Position numbers and translations under genes: made by a program | Shown: one piece after another, positions 7,139-12,799 of the stretch | Layout: each line of letters opens with the position of its first letter | Numbering within the stretch: the first letter of the stretch is position 1 | The notes under the pieces: generated by a model | Database searches by the model: none | The model's input: only the letters and a program-made list of their open reading frames with translations | Told to the model about the DNA's origin: nothing | Source of the DNA: a virus | Virus genome (UHGV): UHGV-1846250 | Length of the DNA stretch: 12,799 nucleotides | Strand: one strand, 5' to 3'

Positions 7139-7635
7139 TGCCGGTAATTAACACGCATCAGAATATCGCCGCCTTTCTCGACATGCTGGCCGTGTCCGAA
7201 GGGACGGCGAACCATCCGCTGACGAAAAACCGTGGCTATGACGTGATAGTCACCGGACTGGACGGGAAGCCGGAAATTTTCACCGACTACAGTGACCACC
7301 CGTTCGCACATGGCCGACCGGCGAAGGTGTTTAACCGTCGCGGTGAAAAATCCACGGCCTCCGGTCGCTATCAGCAGCTTTACCTGTTCTGGCCGCATTA
7401 CCGCAAACAGCTTGCCCTGCCGGATTTCAGTCCGTTGTCACAGGACAGACTCGCCATTCAGTTGATCCGCGAACGCGGTGCACTGGATGACATCCGGGCG
7501 GGACGCATTGAGCGCGCCATTTCACGCTGTCGCAATATCTGGGCGTCCCTGCCGGGTGCCGGTTACGGTCAGCGTGAGCATTCACTGGAAAAACTGGTCA
7601 CCGTCTGGCGTACCGCTGGCGGCGTACCGGCTTAA
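7138..7635 (+). CDS. K: Endolysin, lambda R-like lytic transglycosylase (P2 gpK-like), 165 aa
   Basis: Motifs shared with lambda R are visible: AFLDMLAVSEGT (catalytic Glu region), GYDVIV, FTDYSDHP, GRYQ, FSP-SQD, NIWASLPGAGYGQ-EH. Start overlaps the Y stop (TAATG). Confidence 0.93.
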   Translation: MPVINTHQNIAAFLDMLAVSEGTANHPLTKNRGYDVIVTGLDGKPEIFTDYSDHPFAHGRPAKVFNRRGEKSTASGRYQQLYLFWPHYRKQLALPDFSPLSQDRLAIQLIRERGALDDIRAGRIERAISRCRNIWASLPGAGYGQREHSLEKLVTVWRTAGGVPA

Positions 7636-7649
7636 ACGGAGTAAACACC

Positions 7650-8075
7650 ATGAAGAAATTATCTCTTTCACTGATGCTGAACGTGTCGCTGGCGCTGATG
7701 CTGGCACTGTCCCTGATTTACCCGCAGAGCGTGGCCGTCAGTTTTGTCGCCGCCTGGGCGATTCTGGCGACGGTTATCTGTGCGGTTGCCGGTGGTGTCG
7801 GGGTGTATGCCACTGAGTATGTGCTGGAACGCTACGGGCGGGAGCTGCCGCCGGAATCGCTGGCTGTGAAGATTGTCACGTCGCTGTTTTTGCAGCCGGT
7901 GACGTGGTGCAGACGGGCGGTGGGTCTGGTGGTGATGGTGGCGACGTTTATCTCGCTGGTCGCTGCCGGGTGGATTTTTACCGCGCTGATTTATCTTGTG
8001 GCGTCGCTGTTTTTCCGGCTGATACGTACGGCCTGTCGTCAGCGTCTTGAGGGGCGGGAACCATGTCAAAGCTGA
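7650..8075 (+). CDS. lysA: LysA-like lysis-timing membrane protein, 141 aa
   Basis: 141 aa with about four hydrophobic transmembrane segments; same position and length as P2 lysA. Confidence 0.8.
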   Translation: MKKLSLSLMLNVSLALMLALSLIYPQSVAVSFVAAWAILATVICAVAGGVGVYATEYVLERYGRELPPESLAVKIVTSLFLQPVTWCRRAVGLVVMVATFISLVAAGWIFTALIYLVASLFFRLIRTACRQRLEGREPCQS

Positions 8076-8488
8076 TGATTGTGCTGGTTGTGTTGTTATC
8101 ACTGGCGGTGGCCGGTCTGTTTCTGGCGAAGCATGAAAACGCCAGCCTGCGCGCCTCGCTGGACAGGGCGAACAACGTCGCCAGCGGTCAGCAGACGACC
8201 ATCACCATGCTGAAAAATCAGCTTCATGTTGCCCTTACCAGGGCAGACAAAAACGAGCTGGCGCAGGTGGCACTGCGTCAGGAACTGGAGAACGCCGCGA
8301 AGCGTGAAGCACAGCGCGAGAAAACCATCACGAGGTTACTGAATGAAAACGAGGATTTTCGCCGCTGGTATGGCGCTGACCTGCCTGATGCTGTGCGCCG
8401 GTTGCACCAGCGTCCGACCTGCACTGACGCCAGTGATTGTCGCCAACGCCTGCCCGAAAGTGAGCCTTTGCCCGATGCCGGGCAGTGA
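8063..8488 (+). CDS. lysB: LysB-like inner-membrane spanin (Rz-like), 141 aa
   Basis: N-terminal transmembrane segment (MSKLMIVLVVLLSLAVAGLFLA) followed by a charged, coiled-coil-like periplasmic domain; P2 lysB length. Confidence 0.8.
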   Translation: MSKLMIVLVVLLSLAVAGLFLAKHENASLRASLDRANNVASGQQTTITMLKNQLHVALTRADKNELAQVALRQELENAAKREAQREKTITRLLNENEDFRRWYGADLPDAVRRLHQRPTCTDASDCRQRLPESEPLPDAGQ

Positions 8489-8633
8489 CCCGGAGACGAA
8501 CGGTGATTTAAGTGCCGATATCCGGCAGCTTGAGAACGCGCTGGCACGCTGTGCCAGCCAGGTAAAAATGATTAAACACTGTCAGGACGAAAACGATGCT
8601 CAAACCCGACAGCCTGCGCAGGGCGCTGACTGA
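8343..8633 (+). CDS. lysC: LysC-like outer-membrane lipoprotein spanin (Rz1-like), 96 aa
   Basis: Starts inside lysB in the +1 frame and runs past its end; lipoprotein signal peptide with lipobox (LMLCAGC); GAGG 7 nt upstream of the ATG. Confidence 0.75.
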   Translation: MKTRIFAAGMALTCLMLCAGCTSVRPALTPVIVANACPKVSLCPMPGSDPETNGDLSADIRQLENALARCASQVKMIKHCQDENDAQTRQPAQGAD

Positions 8634-9063
8634 CGCCGTCACGGTGCTGAAAACCAGTCCCGAGATGCTGCGGATATTCGTGGATAACGGGAGTATTGCC
8701 TCCACACTGGCGACGTCTATGTCATTCGAAAAGCGTTACACGCTCAATGTGATTGTGACCGACTTTACCGGTGATTTTGACCTGCTCATTGTGCCGGTGC
8801 TGGCGTGGCTGCGGGAAAATCAGCCCGACATCATGACCACCGACGAAGGCCAGAAAAAGGGCTTCACGTTTTATGCAGACATCAACAATGACAGCAGCTT
8901 TGATATCAGCATCAGCCTGATGCTGACCGAGCGCACGCTGGTCAGTGAGGTTGACGGCGCGCTGCATGTGAAGAATATCCCGGAACCTCCGCCGCCGGAG
9001 CCGGTTACCCGCCCGATGGAGCTGTATATCAATGGCGAACTGGTGAGCAAGTGGGATGAATGA
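8596..9063 (+). CDS. R: Tail completion protein (P2 gpR-like), 155 aa
   Basis: 155 aa as in P2 gpR, with P2 R-like sequence; position after the lysis cassette. Confidence 0.87.
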   Translation: MLKPDSLRRALTDAVTVLKTSPEMLRIFVDNGSIASTLATSMSFEKRYTLNVIVTDFTGDFDLLIVPVLAWLRENQPDIMTTDEGQKKGFTFYADINNDSSFDISISLMLTERTLVSEVDGALHVKNIPEPPPPEPVTRPMELYINGELVSKWDE

Positions 9064-9508
9064 GTTTAAGCGTTTTGAAGACCGGCTGACCGGACTGATT
9101 GAGTCGCTGTCACCGTCAGGGCGTCGGCGACTGAGCGCCGAACTGGCGAAACGTCTGCGTCAGAGTCAGCAGCGTCGGGTGATGGCACAGAAAGCCCCGG
9201 ACGGCACACCCTACGCGCCACGCCAGCAGCAGAGCGCCAGAAAAAAGACCGGTCGTGTTAAGCGAAAAATGTTTGCGAAACTTATCACCAGTCGTTTTTT
9301 GCATATCCGCGCCAGCCCGGAACAGGCATCAATGGAGTTTTACGGCGGGAAGTCACCGAAAATCGCCAGCGTGCATCAGTTCGGTCTGTCGGAAGAAACC
9401 CGGAAAGACGGTAAGAAAATTGATTATCCGGCGCGTCCTCTGCTCGGCTTTACCGGTGAGGATGTGCAGATGATTGAAGAGATTATTCTGGCTCACCTCG
9501 ACCGTTAG
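9056..9508 (+). CDS. S: Tail completion protein (P2 gpS-like), 150 aa
   Basis: 150 aa as in P2 gpS; start overlaps the R stop by 8 nt (ATGAATGA). Confidence 0.87.
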   Translation: MNEFKRFEDRLTGLIESLSPSGRRRLSAELAKRLRQSQQRRVMAQKAPDGTPYAPRQQQSARKKTGRVKRKMFAKLITSRFLHIRASPEQASMEFYGGKSPKIASVHQFGLSEETRKDGKKIDYPARPLLGFTGEDVQMIEEIILAHLDR

Positions 9509-9540
9509 TTGTGCCATTCCTGACACCTCATCGTCACATT

Positions 9541-9562
9541 GCCGCCGGTATGACCCGGCGGC
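9541..9562 (+). other. GC-rich hairpin in the S-V intergenic region (GCCGCCGG - tatgac - CCGGCGGC)
   Basis: Perfect 8-bp inverted repeat with a 6-nt loop, read directly; no U-run follows, so not a canonical intrinsic terminator. Confidence 0.4.
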
Positions 9563-9574
9563 ATCCTTCCCGTT

Positions 9575-10210
9575 ATGAACACTCTCGCAAATATTCAGGA
9601 ACTCGCGCGCGCACTGCGCAACATGATCCGCACCGGCATTATCGTCGAAACCGACCTTAACGCCGGTCGCTGCCGTGTGCAGACCGGCGGCATGTGCACC
9701 GACTGGCTTCAGTGGCTGACCCATCGCGCCGGACGTTCGCGCATATGGTGGGCACCTTCCGTGGGGGAGCAGGTGCTGATTCTGGCCGTGGGCGGTGAAC
9801 TCGACACGGCGTTCGTTCTGCCGGGGATTTATTCCGGCGATAACCCCGCGCCGTCTGCGTCGGCGGATGCCCTGTACATCCGTTTCCCTGACGGGGCGGT
9901 GATTGAGTATGAACCCGAAACCAGTGCACTCACGGTAAGCGGAATTAAAACGGCCAGCGTGACGGCTTCTGATTCTGTTACTGCCACGGTGCCGGTGGTC
10001 ATGGTGAAAGCATCAACCCGCGTCACCCTGGACACACCGGAGGTGGTCTGCACCAACAGGCTGATTACCGGCACGCTGGAAGTGCAGAAGGGCGGGACGA
10101 TGCGCGGCAACATTGAACACACCGGCGGTGAACTCTCATCAAACGGTAAGGTACTGCATACCCATAAACACCCCGGCGACAGCGGCGGCACAACCGGGAG
10201 TCCTTTATGA
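9575..10210 (+). CDS. V: Baseplate central spike protein (P2 gpV-like), 211 aa
   Basis: 211 aa as in P2 gpV; C-terminal His-x-His-x-His motif (VLHTHKHPGD) as in spike-tip metal-binding apex domains. Confidence 0.9.
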   Translation: MNTLANIQELARALRNMIRTGIIVETDLNAGRCRVQTGGMCTDWLQWLTHRAGRSRIWWAPSVGEQVLILAVGGELDTAFVLPGIYSGDNPAPSASADALYIRFPDGAVIEYEPETSALTVSGIKTASVTASDSVTATVPVVMVKASTRVTLDTPEVVCTNRLITGTLEVQKGGTMRGNIEHTGGELSSNGKVLHTHKHPGDSGGTTGSPL

Positions 10211-10554
10211 CAGCGCGTTATCTCGGAATGAATCGCAGTGATGGCCTGACTGTCACTGACCTTGAGCATATCAGCCAGAGTATCGGCGATATCCTGCGCA
10301 CACCGGTCGGCTCACGGGTGATGCGTCGTGATTACGGCTCGTTGCTGGCATCAATGATTGACCAGCCGCAGACCCCGGCGCTTGAGTTGCAGATTAAGGT
10401 CGCCTGTTACATGGCGGTGCTGAAATGGGAACCCCGCGTCACCCTGTCATCCGTCACCACTGAGCGCAGTTTTGACGGGCGAATGACGGTCACGTTAACC
10501 GGCCAGCACAACGACACCGGCCAGCCACTTTCATTAACCATCCCTGTGAGTTGA
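10207..10554 (+). CDS. W: Baseplate wedge protein (P2 gpW-like, T4 gp25-like), 115 aa
   Basis: 115 aa as in P2 gpW; start overlaps the V stop (ATGA). Confidence 0.9.
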   Translation: MTARYLGMNRSDGLTVTDLEHISQSIGDILRTPVGSRVMRRDYGSLLASMIDQPQTPALELQIKVACYMAVLKWEPRVTLSSVTTERSFDGRMTVTLTGQHNDTGQPLSLTIPVS

Positions 10555-10558
10555 AACC

Positions 10559-11467
10559 ATGCCGATTATCGACCTGAACCAGCTACCCGCACCGGATGTG
10601 GTCGAGGAGCTGGACTTTGAAAGCATTCTCGCTGAACGCAAGGCGACACTGATTTCCCTTTACCCGGAAGATCAGCAGGAGGCGGTCGCCCGTACCCTGA
10701 CACTGGAATCTGAGCCTCTCGTCAAACTGCTGGAAGAAAATGCTTATCGTGAGCTTATCTGGCGTCAGCGTGTGAATGAGGCCGCACGGGCGGTGATGCT
10801 GGCCTGTGCCGCCGGTAATGACCTTGATGTGATTGGTGCCAATTACAACACCACACGCCTGATTATCACCCCGGCAGATGATTCGACCATCCCGCCGACA
10901 CCGGCAGTGATGGAGTCTGACACCGATTATCGTCTGCGTATTCAGCAGGCGTTTGAGGGCTTAAGCGTCGCCGGGTCGGTGGGTGCCTATCAGTATCATG
11001 GTCGCAGTGCCGACGGGCGTGTCGCCGATATTTCTGTCACCAGTCCGTCTCCTGCCTGCGTCACCATCTCCGTGCTGTCACGTGAAAATAACGGTGTCGC
11101 ATCCGAAGACCTGCTGGCTGTGGTGCGTAACGCCCTTAATGGCGAGGACGTCAGGCCGGTGGCCGACCGCGTGACCGTGCAGTCTGCCGCCATTGTTGAA
11201 TACCAGATAAACGCCACGCTTTACCTTTACCCTGGTCCCGAAAGCGAACCCATCCGCGCTGCTGCCGTGAAAAAACTGGAAGCGTACATCACGGCACAGC
11301 ACCGGCTTGGGCGCGACATCCGTCTGTCTGCCATTTATGCCGCTTTGCATGTGGAAGGCGTGCAGCGTGTCGAACTGACTGCACCTCTGGCTGACATTGT
11401 GCTCAACAGTACGCAGGCGTCTTTCTGTACCGAATACCGCGTCGTGACCGGAGGCTCGGATGAGTGA
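10559..11467 (+). CDS. J: Baseplate wedge protein (P2 gpJ-like, T4 gp6-like), 302 aa
   Basis: 302 aa as in P2 gpJ, with P2 J-like sequence; conserved position after W. Confidence 0.9.
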   Translation: MPIIDLNQLPAPDVVEELDFESILAERKATLISLYPEDQQEAVARTLTLESEPLVKLLEENAYRELIWRQRVNEAARAVMLACAAGNDLDVIGANYNTTRLIITPADDSTIPPTPAVMESDTDYRLRIQQAFEGLSVAGSVGAYQYHGRSADGRVADISVTSPSPACVTISVLSRENNGVASEDLLAVVRNALNGEDVRPVADRVTVQSAAIVEYQINATLYLYPGPESEPIRAAAVKKLEAYITAQHRLGRDIRLSAIYAALHVEGVQRVELTAPLADIVLNSTQASFCTEYRVVTGGSDE

Positions 11468-12071
11468 TTCGCGCCTGCTGCCGACCGGCTCATCACCGCT
11501 TGAAGTCGCCGCCGCAAGAGCCTGTGCGGAAATTGAAAAAACGCCGGTCAGTATTCGTGAACTGTGGAACCCGGACACCTGCCCGGGAAATCTGCTGCCG
11601 TGGCTGGCGTGGTCATTTTCGGTTGACCGCTGGGATGATAAGTGGCCGGAAGCGACAAAACGCGCTGTTATCCGCGATGCGTATTTCATTCACTGCCATA
11701 AGGGCACTATTGGTGCGATTCGCCGTGTGGTGGAGCCACTCGGCTATCTGATTGAGGTGAGGGAGTGGTGGCAGCTCAACGAGGAGCCGGGGACGTTCCG
11801 TATCGTTGTCGGCGTGCTTGAGCAGGGTATTACCGAGGAAATGTATCAGGAGCTGGAGCGCCTCGTTGCTGATGCAAAACCGGCAAGCCGCCATCTGACG
11901 GGATTGGCTATCAGTTTAAGTACAACCGGCAACATTTTTGCCGGTGCGGGATGCTATCACGGCGACGCCCTGACGGTTTATCCCTACACCCCGGAGGCCA
12001 TTATTGTCGGAGGGGATTATTTCCCGGCCTCGGCCATTCATTTAATTGATAACCTGAGAGTAAACGCATGA
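11460..12071 (+). CDS. I: Baseplate / tail-fibre attachment protein (P2 gpI-like), 203 aa
   Basis: N-terminal region is P2 gpI-like; start overlaps the J stop by 8 nt (ATGAGTGA). At 203 aa it is longer than the 176 aa I recall for P2 gpI. Confidence 0.85.
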   Translation: MSDSRLLPTGSSPLEVAAARACAEIEKTPVSIRELWNPDTCPGNLLPWLAWSFSVDRWDDKWPEATKRAVIRDAYFIHCHKGTIGAIRRVVEPLGYLIEVREWWQLNEEPGTFRIVVGVLEQGITEEMYQELERLVADAKPASRHLTGLAISLSTTGNIFAGAGCYHGDALTVYPYTPEAIIVGGDYFPASAIHLIDNLRVNA

Positions 12072-12799
12072 CAGTGAAATACTACGCCATTCTGACTAAT
12101 CAGGGCGCAGCACGGCTGGCTAACGCGACGATGCTCGGCAGTAAGCTGAATCTGACGCAAATGGCCGTTGGTGATGCGAATGGTGTCTTGCCGACACCAG
12201 ACCCGGCACAGACAAAACTGATTAACCAGAAACGCATCGCGCCGCTGAATCTTCTGAGTGTTGACCCGAACAACCAGAGCCAGATTATTGCGGAGCAAAT
12301 CATCCCTGAGAACGAGGGCGGATTCTGGATCCGTGAGATTGGGCTTTATGATGATGAAGGCGTACTCATTGCGGTGGCGAACTGCCCGGAAACGTACAAA
12401 CCGCAGTTGCAGGAAGGCAGTGGTCGTACCCAGACTATCCGCATGATTCTGGTTGTCACGAATACCGAAGCCATCACGCTGAAAATCGACCCGTCGGTGG
12501 TACTGGCGACCCGTAAATACGTGGATGATGAAGTCCTGGAATTAAAGCTGTATGTGGATGACCAGATGAGAAACCACATTGCCGCACAGGATCCTCATAC
12601 CCAGTATGCACAGAAACATAATCCGACATTTACCGGAGAACCAAAAGCGCCGACGCCTGCCGCAGGAAATAACACCACGCGGATTGCGACCACTGCGTTT
12701 GTACAGGCGGCACTGACGGCCCTTATTAATGGTGCGCCAGCCACGCTGGACACGTTGAAAGAAATAGCTGCAGCCATAAACAATGACCCGAAATTCAGC
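12068..12799 (+). CDS. H: Tail fibre protein (P2 gpH-like), N-terminal 244 codons; 3'-truncated by the window edge
   Basis: ATG at 12068 overlaps the I stop (ATGA); frame stays open to the last base of the window, so the ORF track does not list it. Translation (MTVKYYAILTNQGAARLANATMLG...GGFWIREIGLYDDEGVLIAVAN...NNTTRIATTAFVQAAL) has the conserved N-terminal architecture of P2 H-type fibres. Confidence 0.85.
   Translation, partial: MTVKYYAILTNQGAARLANATMLGSKLNLTQMAVGDANGVLPTPDPAQTKLINQKRIAPLNLLSVDPNNQSQIIAEQIIPENEGGFWIREIGLYDDEGVLIAVANCPETYKPQLQEGSGRTQTIRMILVVTNTEAITLKIDPSVVLATRKYVDDEVLELKLYVDDQMRNHIAAQDPHTQYAQKHNPTFTGEPKAPTPAAGNNTTRIATTAFVQAALTALINGAPATLDTLKEIAAAINNDPKFS

Noticed and set aside
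11078-11689. 203-aa minus-strand ORF antisense to the J/I junction
   Set aside because: Antisense shadow ORF spanning two tightly coupled baseplate genes; no independent support.
328-12071. Possibility of an inserted defence or cargo system inside the structural gene cluster
   Set aside because: All genes from Q to J have P2-like lengths and are contiguous, with intergenic gaps of at most about 170 bp, leaving no room for inserted cargo; any cargo would be left of position 1.
1-12799. CRISPR array, tRNA or rRNA genes
   Set aside because: No regularly spaced direct repeats of 25-40 bp and no tRNA-like or rRNA-like segments are apparent by eye; the window is almost fully protein-coding.

Overview
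This window is the left (packaging, head, lysis and proximal baseplate) arm of a P2-like (Peduovirus-type) temperate myophage or prophage of an enterobacterial host. Gene order, strand organisation and protein lengths follow the P2 late operons throughout: a cos site at 140-158, the leftward P-Q packaging operon (terminase ATPase then portal), a divergent late-promoter region, the rightward block O-N-M-L-X, the lysis cassette Y-K-lysA-lysB-lysC, tail completion genes R and S, baseplate genes V-W-J-I, and the 5' part of tail fibre gene H running off the right edge. Protein identifications rest on recalled similarity to phage P2 and lambda proteins plus motifs visible in the translations; no database search was run. 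The ORF track uses non-ATG starts and over-extends several N-termini, so P, O, L and X were re-called at ATG codons that give P2-like lengths. The track also omits H because it has no stop in the window. I see no rRNA, tRNA, CRISPR array, integrase or transposase. I found no inserted cargo or novel multi-gene system inside the window: the genes are tightly packed and mostly translationally coupled. The only accessory-like sequence is the AT-rich ~120 bp left of cos at the extreme left edge, which is where P2-like phages carry variable cargo; any novel system would lie just outside the window. Other points worth a second look are short repeat arrays flanking cos, an AT-hook-like tail on the small terminase subunit, a GC-rich hairpin before gene V, and a divergent host-range module (I C-terminus and H).
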